Shown: piece after piece, positions 56,001-64,000 of the stretch
How the letters are laid out: each line of letters begins with the position of its first letter
Position numbering within the stretch: position 1 is the first letter of the stretch
NCBI GenBank assembly: GCA_000724175.1
Contig: JPGV01000010.1
Span: forward strand, 61,199 to 125,198
DNA length: 64,000 nt
Reading direction: 5' to 3'
Origin: [Candidatus Thermochlorobacteriaceae] bacterium GBChlB
Lineage (GTDB): Bacteria > Bacteroidota > Chlorobiia > Chlorobiales > Thermochlorobacteraceae
Made by a program: the position numbers and the translations under genes
The notes under the pieces: model-generated
Told to the model about the DNA's origin: nothing
Database searches by the model: none
The model's input: the letters and a program-made list of their open reading frames with translations, nothing else

Positions 56001-56088
56001 CCGCGGCAACAGTGAAGGCAGTTGAAAGGCTAACAAGGAAGGCTACGATGCAGCAAATACCCCTAAAAACCCCAGTAGGCGTTGTCAT
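53068..56088 (-). CDS. TonB-dependent outer-membrane receptor (non-SusC type)
   Basis: N-terminal carboxypeptidase-regulatory-like domain (GKIAGTVRD..S.EPLIGASV), plug FRGGR..EV.YLVDG...ISGAFNAEYG.AMSG.VN, AYVQDKIE, SPRLG, GNPD..P, C-terminal Phe. Confidence 0.92.
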   Translation of the reverse strand: MTTPTGVFRGICCIVAFLVSLSTAFTVAAASPSENPNAPFGTTGKIAGTVRDSKSKEPLIGASVKLEGTTLGAKTDINGNYVILNVPPSTYKARATYIGYQPKSVTNVRVKADYTERIDFDLLPEDIRADEIVVKAERPLIVKDQTFSAAIVGAEEIQALPVEDINQVIGIQAGVVGGSFRGGRRNEVAYLVDGISVTDVFDGNEGRTFAAGGSNFIDPQTIQEVQVISGAFNAEYGQAMSGIVNIITKDGGEKYTGQLTLYGGDYLSTRTNLYRGISQINPISIPNAQANVSGPVPFLENKLTFYAAGRFFSNEGYLYGVRQYLPDDVISVFDVQNNPYSLLQTPFAAIRGRFAVGDRGFGTITFPGLPPSPPLSLDEQGRVIIDRQNGTTVAVPYNPTPTNLALFDNYRNLGSGDNRVVPLNPYARGSFQGKLAYKPTDYLKVAYSLNYESETFRSFDHVWSRNPDGDMTFFRNTLNHIVKATYTFSSSAFLEATYSNFNTRSQNYVFENPLDPRYQFPGLAGSIGQGDFFVAGGTKNERFDRRTVTNHFRADLTNQIGDVHLLKGGIDVKVHRLDYSDLRVRDRFENGAPNFADGFQPEIADPITELDGGDLYTRTPIELAAYVQDKIEFGSLIINIGVRFDYFNPQTGVPRDPSDPSEFIKLLPDSIFAERNGTTERLKPATPKFAISPRLGVSFPVTERGLFYFSFGQFFQMPAFALIYENSRYKYGEQAGAGGFIGPFGNPDIRPQRTTSGELGLQQQIGETIAVNLSAYFRDIRDLASSAFIRDLVNGAQYFIFDNFDYGFVRGITLSITQQVSNSLNFGVDYTLQLAQGNASDARAAAAQRRGGAEIETQLLPLAWDQRHTLNITANYVSDDWNIGLIARYGSGFPYTPELIPAPTGGVARLINNAGVTPPTFTVDVRATKSFKIEGLSVGLFAQAFNLLDAGNETGVFGRTGRASSNILLPVQNNQFNTLNTVEEFFVQPARFSEPRRLSLGMTINF

Positions 56089-56111
56089 TGTCGATAGTTT
56101 AACGTGGAACG

Positions 56112-56128
56112 ATTTAATCGTTTCAATT
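56112..56128. promoter_or_regulatory. Putative LacI operator ATTTAATCGTTTCAATT (copy 2)
   Basis: Lies 24 bp upstream of the TonB receptor start; identical to 41271-41287. Confidence 0.75.
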
Positions 56129-56526
56129 CAGGGAGGAAACTTAGGGCTTTTTATCTAAAATATCAAGCGAAAAATCGGGCGGTTGTTCACGGTCTGCTCG
56201 CAGGCGGCAAGTCGGCACTCATTTTGGCGGAAAGAGTTGCACCAGAGGCTTGGCGACGTTTGTTGCCGACTCACCGTGGCAGGCGCCGTTCTGAAAACAA
56301 CCCGTGCAGAGTTCTGCCAGCGAGAGCTTCGTGGCGCAGCGCGGACACTTCGCCACAAATTGATTTACGATTTTCAAGCGACAAGTCGGACATTCGCGCT
56401 CGAATCGCGCTTCGGGAATGTTGTCGGATAGTTGAACCGTGCAAGCGGACATCGTTTCAAACATTGATTGTTTAACTCTGCTTTACATCAACTCTGTTCT
56501 CTAAAAAATTCCACTTATGGACTTCT

Positions 56527-58581
56527 TCAGAGCATACATGCCACGCCGCCGCCGATGGTGAACGCCAGAATCCAACTGCCGAACCAAATTGTCATGGCTT
56601 CACGCAGCCCGCGTTCTTTAAGCAGCACCATCAGGCTTGCAATGCACGGCACGAACAGCGTAATGACCGTCAGCGAGACGACAATTTGTTTCGGCGAGAG
56701 GTCGAGCGTGTAAAGTCCTGCTGCGCCAAAGTCTCTGCGAACCATACCCATGACAAACGACCGCGCCGCCTCTGCAGGAAGCGCCAGCCAATGGGTTGTA
56801 ATCGGTTCAAAGAGCTGCACCCACGCTTCGAGCAGTCCAGTTACTTGCATCGTCGAGACGAGCAACGCGCCAAAGAAAAACCACGGCGAGGCTTCTTTCA
56901 TAAAACTCATCGTCTTTATCCACGTTTTTTTCAACACATTGCTTGCTTGCGGCAAACGCATCGGCGGCAAATCGATGAGCAGGGCGGACGACTTGCCGGG
57001 CAAAATTTTATCGACCGCTGTGCCGATGCCGACAAGACACGCCAAAATAATCGCCGCGAAAATAAGCGTGTATTCGCCGCCCGCCTTGGTGAGCAGCGCG
57101 GTAATCACGGCAAGCTGCGCCGAACAGGGAATTGCAAAATTGAGTATCGAGGCGGCAATAGTTTTCTCGCGCGAGGTTTGCAGAAGCCGCGTTGTAATCG
57201 TCGCCATTGTTACGCAGCCGAAGCCGAGAATAATCGGAATTACCGCGCGCCCGTTAAGCCCGATGCTCGTCAGCAGTCGGTCGACCATTGTCGCCAGGCG
57301 CGGCAGGTAGCCGCAGTCTTCAAGGATGGCGAGAAACAAATAAAATCCAATGATGAGCGGCAAGAGCAGGAAGAGCAGATACGTAACCGTCATGGTGAGC
57401 GCGCCGAACTCGCCCGCGAAAATCACAACCATTTTTCCCCACAGCGTCTCTTGCGAAAACTTAAATGTCTGCAACACATCTTTGCCGTCGATGAATTGTT
57501 GGAGTTCTTGAAATTGAGCGTCATTTGCCAGCGTGCCGTTTGGAAAAACAAACGTTTTTGTTTCGAGCGTTTTTTCGTCGCCAGTTTCGTCTTTCGTTAA
57601 AATGTCCGCCGTAATTGTTACGGGCGTGATTTTTGCGAAAAGGTGTTTTGCGAATGGCTCCCAGCGCTTGTTGCCAAACTCGACTTCGGTATGCCCGACG
57701 ACGCGCTGCGCGACCAAGACGCCGACCACTTGGTAAATCAGCCATAGCGAGAAGAGCAAAATCGGCAAGCCGGTGATGGGGTTAATCGTCCAGCGTCCTA
57801 ACGCTTCGCTGAACTTCGCGCCGATTTTCAGAGCAGATTTTTGTCGATACACTTCGGCGACAATGTCGTTCACGCGGTTTCGACGTGCAACGTAAATTTC
57901 TTCGCGTTTATCGAGCGGCGCGACGCCGTGTCGGGCAGCGACGACATCATCGCCCTCCAAAACCATCAGCGCCTCCGCTTTCGGATTGGGGACGCCAGAG
58001 AGGGTCGATGCGATTTTTTCAATCTCGATTTGCAACGCTCTATCCGATTTGCCGACGCTTGCCTGCGCCAGATTTTGTTCAACTGCGTCGAAGCCCAAGC
58101 GTTTGGTCGCAACGACTTCCACAATCGGGACGCCGAGAAGCACCGACAGTCGGTTGACGTCAATTTCAAGTCCCGCGTCCTCGAGCGCGTCCATCATATT
58201 GAGCGCCACAACCATCTTAAAATTCATATCGATGAGTTGCAAGGTGAGAAATAAATCGCGCTCCAAGTTCGTCGAGTCAACCACATTCAGAATCACGTCT
58301 GCACCTAAGACCGTGTCGCGCGCAACGCGCTCTTCGTCGTTAAAGGAACTCACGCCGTAAATGCCCGGCGTGTCATAGACGTTATACTCTTTGAACACGC
58401 CGTGGGAGACTTCAACCGTCGTGCCGGGAAAATTTGAGACATCGACATACAAGCCGCTAAAATGATTGAAGAACGCCGACTTGCCGACATTTGGATTTCC
58501 AACCAACACCAGTTTCGTTCCTGATTTGACAACGGGACTTTCAGCGAGGGACTCAGGCGCGGATTCGAGAAACGCAGGCAT
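56527..58581 (-). CDS. feoB: Ferrous iron transporter B
   Basis: GNPNVGKS, NFPGTTVE, DTPG, LNMMD, LEDCGYLPR, GFGC, IPCSAQ, LFVPCIAS; start taken at 58581. Confidence 0.95.
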   Translation of the reverse strand: MPAFLESAPESLAESPVVKSGTKLVLVGNPNVGKSAFFNHFSGLYVDVSNFPGTTVEVSHGVFKEYNVYDTPGIYGVSSFNDEERVARDTVLGADVILNVVDSTNLERDLFLTLQLIDMNFKMVVALNMMDALEDAGLEIDVNRLSVLLGVPIVEVVATKRLGFDAVEQNLAQASVGKSDRALQIEIEKIASTLSGVPNPKAEALMVLEGDDVVAARHGVAPLDKREEIYVARRNRVNDIVAEVYRQKSALKIGAKFSEALGRWTINPITGLPILLFSLWLIYQVVGVLVAQRVVGHTEVEFGNKRWEPFAKHLFAKITPVTITADILTKDETGDEKTLETKTFVFPNGTLANDAQFQELQQFIDGKDVLQTFKFSQETLWGKMVVIFAGEFGALTMTVTYLLFLLLPLIIGFYLFLAILEDCGYLPRLATMVDRLLTSIGLNGRAVIPIILGFGCVTMATITTRLLQTSREKTIAASILNFAIPCSAQLAVITALLTKAGGEYTLIFAAIILACLVGIGTAVDKILPGKSSALLIDLPPMRLPQASNVLKKTWIKTMSFMKEASPWFFFGALLVSTMQVTGLLEAWVQLFEPITTHWLALPAEAARSFVMGMVRRDFGAAGLYTLDLSPKQIVVSLTVITLFVPCIASLMVLLKERGLREAMTIWFGSWILAFTIGGGVACML

Positions 58582-58604
58582 AGATGTAATGTAAAAATGA
58601 GTTG

Positions 58605-58835
58605 TTACAACTGTTCCACCCAAATGTGTTCGGCGAGGTCTCTGCCGAGGGCAACTTCCTGACGGCGATGCTTAACGACGACCGGTCCAAGTGGCAAACG
58701 CTCATGGCAAACGGCTGTGCTGCCTTCGCCGACGCCAAAGCGCAAGAGCTGTGTGCGCGCCGACGCATCGTCGATCCGACGGATAATGAACGACGCGCCT
58801 TTTTTGACCTTGCTTAGCGGAACGAGTATGTTCAA
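58605..58835 (-). CDS. feoA: Ferrous iron transport protein A
   Basis: 76 aa, LLRFGV.EG......PLGPVVV......ALG...AEHIWV; directly upstream of feoB. Confidence 0.88.
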   Translation of the reverse strand: MNILVPLSKVKKGASFIIRRIDDASARTQLLRFGVGEGSTAVCHERLPLGPVVVKHRRQEVALGRDLAEHIWVEQL

Positions 58836-58854
58836 GTTTAAGTTAGTACTTCTT

Positions 58855-58875
58855 TGTTTAGACTGAATCTAAACA
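58855..58875. promoter_or_regulatory. Iron-responsive operator (Fur-like box) TGTTTAGA-ctgaa-TCTAAACA
   Basis: Perfect 8-5-8 inverted repeat 20 bp upstream of feoA. Confidence 0.75.
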
Positions 58876-59085
58876 GAACTTTCGTGATTCGCAAATCTTT
58901 TGTTGCGACAGTTGCGCTTTGTGCTTGGCGAACATATCGTGAAAGTTTTCAGGTTAAAATGCAGAGATTTTGTTTATTTTCGCAAACCTCATCTCCATTG
59001 GGAAGCGCGTCGTCGATTGTTTTCATCGGCACGTGCACTGTGGTTTTGCACAATCGCTGCCATCTATCAACTATCGCTGACTACC

Positions 59086-60744
59086 ATGCTGAACTACAAA
59101 AAGATCAAAAAGTCCCTCAAAGAAGTGCGCGACGCCTTGGAGCGTTTAGAGTTGCTCGAACCGATGCTCGACGAAAACTCGTCCGATGCGTCTGTGCTCA
59201 AGAACTCGCGTCAGCTTTCCGAGTTCACAGTGTCGGTTCATAAGCTCATTGGTAGTATTCCCGACCCATTTTTGCCAACGATGGTTCAATCGGCACACGC
59301 CGTCATTGAGTCCAAGCCAAGTAAGCAGTTGCACTCCGCCGTTGTCTCCTCTGATGTTTCGGAGGATAAATTCCAAGCACTGCTTAAAGCTACCGAAGAC
59401 CGACTGCGCCAAGCGATTCAGGCAGAGCTCGCTAAAATTATGGTCGCCGATGCGTTTGCGCCTGCGCCCGCGCCTAACGGTCAAATTTACTCCGATGCAT
59501 ATACGACAGACGACGCCGTGCGCCAAAGCGAACAACGCTTGCGCACCATCATCGACTCGACGCCGCTCGGCATTGTCATCACTAATGAAGAGTGCAAAAT
59601 TGAGTATGTCAATAGCGCTTACGCGCAGCTTTATGGCTACCAGCCGAGCGAACTTATCGGCAACAGTTTTACAATGATTGTGCCGCCCGATAAGCGCGAG
59701 TTTTGGCTTGATTTACATGCGAAGTATTTGGCAGGCTACAAGGACATTCGCGGCGAATGGGAAGTGCGGCATAAGACCGGCAAGCCGATTTACATTTTGG
59801 CGGACGCAGCGCGCATCGTCGGCACCGATGGCAAGCCGAAAAAAGTAACCTTTGTCAGCGACATCAGCGAACTGATCAAACTCAAAGACGAGGCGCGGCA
59901 ATCGGAAATGCAACTGATGCAGGCAGAGAAGATGTCGTCGCTCGGTCAAATGGTCGCAGGCGTCGCGCACGAGATGAACACGCCGCTCGGCTTCGTGCGC
60001 AGCAATATGGATTTGCTCGTCGAGATGTTCGCCGAAATGAAACTGCTGTTAGAGCGATACAATTCGCTGCGCGAAGAAATTCTGCACGGTAGCCCTGTCA
60101 GCGTTGCCCAATCAATGGCGGCGATTGAAGAGGCGACTCAAAAATTTACGCTCTACAAGCAGGTCGATAAAATCACTCAAAACTCGATTGAGGGCTTGAC
60201 GCGGATTCAGGAACTTGTCTCGAACCTGCGCAATTTCTCGCGGCTCGATGAAGCCGATTTCAAGCCCGCAAGTTTGAACCAACTGCTCGACTCGACGCTC
60301 AACATCGCGGGCTACCTGCTCAAAGAAATCACAGTTGAAAAGCACTACGGCGACGTGCCTAATGTCATGTGCTACGCCGCGCAACTCAATCAAGTCTTTT
60401 TGAACCTCATCACCAACGCGGTTCAAGCCATTAACCACGACCACGGAAAAATCACACTCTCGACCGCGCGCGAAGGGGAGAACATTGTCGTCAAAATCAC
60501 TGACAACGGCGTCGGCATCGCACCCGAACACTTGAACAAAATTTTCGAGCCGTTCTTTACCACGAAGGAAATTGGCAAAGGCACAGGCTTGGGGCTCTCC
60601 ATCGTCTATAAAATCGTCGAGAAGCATCACGGCAAGATTCACGTCGAGAGCGAGCGAGGCAAAGGCTCGACCTTCACCATCACACTTCCGATTGGAAAGG
60701 TTGTCGCCGACGCTGAAAGCACGGCGCTCTTCTCGGAGTCCTAA
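59086..60744 (+). CDS. Cytoplasmic PAS-domain sensor histidine kinase (NtrB-like)
   Basis: PAS (YVNSAYAQLYGY...ELIG), H-box AGVAHEMNTPLG, N-box LNQVFLNLITNA, DNGVGI, FEPFFTTK, GTGLGL; no TM helices; start taken at 59086. Confidence 0.92.
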   Translation: MLNYKKIKKSLKEVRDALERLELLEPMLDENSSDASVLKNSRQLSEFTVSVHKLIGSIPDPFLPTMVQSAHAVIESKPSKQLHSAVVSSDVSEDKFQALLKATEDRLRQAIQAELAKIMVADAFAPAPAPNGQIYSDAYTTDDAVRQSEQRLRTIIDSTPLGIVITNEECKIEYVNSAYAQLYGYQPSELIGNSFTMIVPPDKREFWLDLHAKYLAGYKDIRGEWEVRHKTGKPIYILADAARIVGTDGKPKKVTFVSDISELIKLKDEARQSEMQLMQAEKMSSLGQMVAGVAHEMNTPLGFVRSNMDLLVEMFAEMKLLLERYNSLREEILHGSPVSVAQSMAAIEEATQKFTLYKQVDKITQNSIEGLTRIQELVSNLRNFSRLDEADFKPASLNQLLDSTLNIAGYLLKEITVEKHYGDVPNVMCYAAQLNQVFLNLITNAVQAINHDHGKITLSTAREGENIVVKITDNGVGIAPEHLNKIFEPFFTTKEIGKGTGLGLSIVYKIVEKHHGKIHVESERGKGSTFTITLPIGKVVADAESTALFSES

Positions 60745-60786
60745 AAAGTTTATCTGCTTGCTAACACACTCAACTCTAAATTTGCT

Positions 60787-61749
60787 ATGCCCGAACAGGT
60801 TAAAATTTTATTTGTAGATGACGAGCAAAAAGTTTTGGAATCGCTCGAACTTGTTTTTCGTGATACACCCATCCGCCTTGCGACAAGCGGAGATGAGGCT
60901 TTGAAGATTCTGCGCGCGGAGGAAATCAGTGTTCTCGTCAGCGACCAGCGTATGCCGAAAATGTCTGGCGTTGAACTCTTGCGCGAAGCCAAGAAAATTA
61001 GCCCACACACGATTCGCATTTTGCTCACAGGCTACTCCGATTTGGAGCAGGTCATTGACTCCATCAACACGGGCGAAGTCTATCGCTACATCAATAAGCC
61101 GTGGGATAACGCCAAGCTGCGCGAGACAGTTCAGTTTGCGGCGCGAATGTATGAGCAGCAAAAAGAGCTGCGCGACATGAGCAAAGGTATTAAATCGAGC
61201 GCCAGCACATCTGCCAATGATACTACTATTGATTCGTCAATAGAATTGCTCTTTGTCGATAAAAACTATGAGCATCTGCGCGGCTTGAAAGAAACTTTCT
61301 CGGAAATGCGACCGACGCACGTTACCGCCGATGTCGATGAAGGCTATCACCTGCTTGAAACGCGCCCGATTGGCGTCGTCGTCTCCGACGTCCTTCTCAA
61401 CGGCTTTGATGGTGCAGATTTTTTAGCGGCAGTCAAAGAACGCTTCCCCGATGTCGTTACCATTATGATGACAAGCTCAAAAGATTCCAGCGTTGCCGTT
61501 CGTTTGATTAACGAGGGACAAATTTTTCGCTACATCGTTAAGCCCTTTCCAAAAGAGGCGATGCGGTCAACGATTGACGAGGCGTTGCGCCGCTACGTGC
61601 TTCAAAAACAACAACCATCTCAAAATTTAAAGCGACAAGAACAGCAAGTTGCTACCGCCGCCGTTGCATCAACTTCGTCTAACTCGCAGTCGCTTAGCCA
61701 ACTGCTCGAAGAAGTGCGCCAACGGCTTGCCGAGAAAAAGACATACTGA
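60787..61749 (+). CDS. Response regulator with two tandem receiver domains and no DNA-binding output
   Basis: ILFVDDE..SDQRMP..LTG..KPW, then LLFVDK..SDV..MTS..KPF. Confidence 0.9.
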   Translation: MPEQVKILFVDDEQKVLESLELVFRDTPIRLATSGDEALKILRAEEISVLVSDQRMPKMSGVELLREAKKISPHTIRILLTGYSDLEQVIDSINTGEVYRYINKPWDNAKLRETVQFAARMYEQQKELRDMSKGIKSSASTSANDTTIDSSIELLFVDKNYEHLRGLKETFSEMRPTHVTADVDEGYHLLETRPIGVVVSDVLLNGFDGADFLAAVKERFPDVVTIMMTSSKDSSVAVRLINEGQIFRYIVKPFPKEAMRSTIDEALRRYVLQKQQPSQNLKRQEQQVATAAVASTSSNSQSLSQLLEEVRQRLAEKKTY

Positions 61750-62021
61750 GCAGATTGCGCGGTATGAAAACGGCGGCGCGTCGTCGATTCCTATTTACTT
61801 CACGCGCCACCTACTCTGTGCGCTTAATCTCTATGCGCTCGATGCCGAGCGGAACGCGAGCGATGACCTTCAACGCTGTGCCGCCGCCTCCCCTTTTCCT
61901 CGTTTGAACTTTTCACAAAATTGCTTTTCAGGCAACAATTCTGTTTATTCACCCTTACCCCCGAAAAGCGAAGCAACGTTATTGCGTTGGCGGCGGTTAA
62001 GATTGAGAAGACGAAACGAGT

Positions 62022-64000
62022 ATGCTGGTTCAAATTGAGGAGCAACATTACGTTAAACTGAACGAACTCTTGGAGCTTTGTCGAGCGCGGCTTTTGCGCT
62101 ACGATGAGAACTTGATTCGACGGGCGTTTTTCTTGTGCTATCGAGCGCATAGCGCGGGCAAGCGGGCGTCGGGCGAACCGTATTTTTATCACCCCGTTGA
62201 GGTCGCCAAAATTATGCTCACCGAGATTCCGCTCGACGATGTCAGCGTCGCCGCCGCGCTCTTGCACGATGTTGTTGAAGACACCGATTATACGGTCGAA
62301 GACCTCAAAGATGAGTTCGGTGACGAGGTCGCTGCGATTGTCGAGGGCCTGACGAAAATCTCCGACATCTTCGCCAACCGCGAAATCAAAGAAGCCGAGA
62401 GCTTTCGAAAAATGTTGCTCTCGATGGTTCACGATATTCGCGTCATTCTCATCAAGTTCTGCGACCGCTTGCACAATATGCGCACGCTCGATGCCCTCCC
62501 GCCGCATCGGCAAGTAAAAATTGCGATTGAGACACGCGACATCTACGCACCCTTCGCACATCGTTTCGGCTTGAACAAAATCAAAGTCGAGCTCGAGAAC
62601 CTCTCGTTCAAATATCTTGACCGCGAAGCCTACGACGACTTGGTCGATAAGCTCAAACTCACGCGCGAGGCACGGTATAATTACCTTGATAAAGTAACCA
62701 AGCCCATTGAAGTTGAGCTTCGCAAACGCGGCTATGACTTCGAGATTTTGAGCCGCCCGAAACACCTCTTTTCCATCTACAACAAGATGCGCTCGCAGGG
62801 CAAGAAGTTGGAGGAGATTTACGACATCTACGGCATTCGCGTGATTTTGAACAGCGAAAATCCGTCGGACTGTTTCGGCGTCTATGGCTACATCACGCAA
62901 ATTTTTCCGCCCGTGCCGGAGCGCTTCAAGGACTACATTTCCGTGCCAAAACACAATGGCTATCAATCGCTACACACGACTGTTTTAGGTCCAGATGGCA
63001 AAATGGTCGAGGTGCAAATTCGCACGAAGAAAATGCACGAATTTGCCGAGAACGGTGTCGCCGCGCACTGGCGCTACAAAGAGAAAGTCAGCGTCGATGA
63101 TGCCGCAATAAACTCGCTGATAAAATGGGCGAAGGAGTTAATTGAGAACGCCGACTCGCCGTCGGCATTTATGGAGGGGTTTCGTCTGAACTTGTATCAA
63201 GACGAGATTTACGTATTCACGCCCAAAGGCGACATGAAAGTCCTGCCCTCGCAAGCCACACCAGTCGATTTCGCATTTGAAATTCACACTGAAGTTGGTA
63301 TGCGCTGCATCGGTGCGAAGGTCAACGGCAAAATCGTCGCGCTGCACACCAAGCTCAAATCGGGCGATCAAATCGAGATCATCACTTCGAAAAACCAGAC
63401 GCCGAAAGCCGATTGGGAGAAGTTCATTGTTACGCACAAAGCGAAGCTGAAAATCAAACAGTTTCTCAACGAAGAGCGGCGGCAACACATTGAAGAAGGG
63501 CGGAGCATTTGGAACAAGCTTGTCTCGAAAACCAAAAAGGCGTTCAGCGAGAGCGACATTGCCCGCATTGCCAAACAGTTCAACCTGCCAACGCCAGCCG
63601 ATTTTTTCCGTGCTATTGGTGCCAAGGAATTAGACGGCGACAAAGCGCTGCAAAAACTTGAACTCTCCGAGCCGAAGCCCGAAGCGAAGTCGATTGTCAA
63701 ATATGAAGACTTCGTCAAGGTCGCCCGCACCGACCGCAGCAAATCCGCCGACGATACCGACAACGCCGTTGTCATTGAGGGCATGAAGAGCATTGCATAC
63801 AGTTACGCTCGATGCTGCAATCCCGTGCCAGGCGATGAGGTCATCGGGCTTGTAACGGCAGGCGGCGTGGTTCGCATTCATCGTCGAAATTGCCGCAATG
63901 TAAATAACGAGCAAATCATTAAAAGCCCGAAGGTCGTTTCGGTGGCATGGAAGTCGTCGGCGTCGAATGAGTTTTTGGCGGGCTTGCGCATTTTTGGCGA
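62022..64000 (+). CDS. relA: Bifunctional (p)ppGpp synthetase/hydrolase RelA/SpoT homolog (runs off the window)
   Basis: Not in the ORF track because it is truncated. From ATG 62022: R.SGEPY..HP, LLHDVVEDT, DRLHNMRTL, RPKHLFSIY.KM, PKHNGYQSLHT, EVQIRT, VFTPKG (TGS), ARCCNPVPGD. Confidence 0.95.
   Translation, partial: MLVQIEEQHYVKLNELLELCRARLLRYDENLIRRAFFLCYRAHSAGKRASGEPYFYHPVEVAKIMLTEIPLDDVSVAAALLHDVVEDTDYTVEDLKDEFGDEVAAIVEGLTKISDIFANREIKEAESFRKMLLSMVHDIRVILIKFCDRLHNMRTLDALPPHRQVKIAIETRDIYAPFAHRFGLNKIKVELENLSFKYLDREAYDDLVDKLKLTREARYNYLDKVTKPIEVELRKRGYDFEILSRPKHLFSIYNKMRSQGKKLEEIYDIYGIRVILNSENPSDCFGVYGYITQIFPPVPERFKDYISVPKHNGYQSLHTTVLGPDGKMVEVQIRTKKMHEFAENGVAAHWRYKEKVSVDDAAINSLIKWAKELIENADSPSAFMEGFRLNLYQDEIYVFTPKGDMKVLPSQATPVDFAFEIHTEVGMRCIGAKVNGKIVALHTKLKSGDQIEIITSKNQTPKADWEKFIVTHKAKLKIKQFLNEERRQHIEEGRSIWNKLVSKTKKAFSESDIARIAKQFNLPTPADFFRAIGAKELDGDKALQKLELSEPKPEAKSIVKYEDFVKVARTDRSKSADDTDNAVVIEGMKSIAYSYARCCNPVPGDEVIGLVTAGGVVRIHRRNCRNVNNEQIIKSPKVVSVAWKSSASNEFLAGLRIFG

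Noticed and set aside
56686..57600. 304-aa plus-strand ORF
   Set aside because: Antisense shadow of feoB.
61824..62966. 380-aa minus-strand ORF and later minus-strand ORFs
   Set aside because: Antisense shadows of the truncated relA/spoT gene on the plus strand.

Overview
This 64 kb window is chromosomal, with no rRNA, tRNA, CRISPR array, prophage or intact transposase seen. The style of RpsA, RelA/SpoT and the 'QNYPNPFNP' C-terminal sorting tails suggests an FCB-group organism, most likely a Chlorobiota relative; this is inference. Housekeeping genes are ppdK, dxs, rpsA, carA, a family-4 uracil-DNA glycosylase, dnaB, feoAB and a relA/spoT homolog. Five accessory pieces stand out. (1) A MarR - YiaAB - DarB/StlD-type ketosynthase fused to a heme-oxygenase-like diiron domain - uncharacterised His-rich protein operon, a candidate new lipid/polyketide pathway with a perfect palindromic operator. 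(2) Two Tat-signal TldD paralogs sharing a 221-bp identical tract, plus a signal-less TldE, next to an atypical PurD-like ATP-grasp enzyme. (3) A nested MITE-in-MITE with 3-bp target duplications after dnaB. (4) An orphan BMC vertex (EutN/CcmL) gene. (5) A ~26 kb LacI-linked polysaccharide-utilisation locus (GH3, 2xGH92, GH125, GH36, GH16, ROK kinase, FucP/GluP permease) with no SusD. It is headed instead by a TonB receptor, a 1282-aa protein with a sorting tail and a PorV-like barrel. Items 5 and 1 are the best candidates for undescribed systems. All family calls come from motif recognition by eye; no searches were run.
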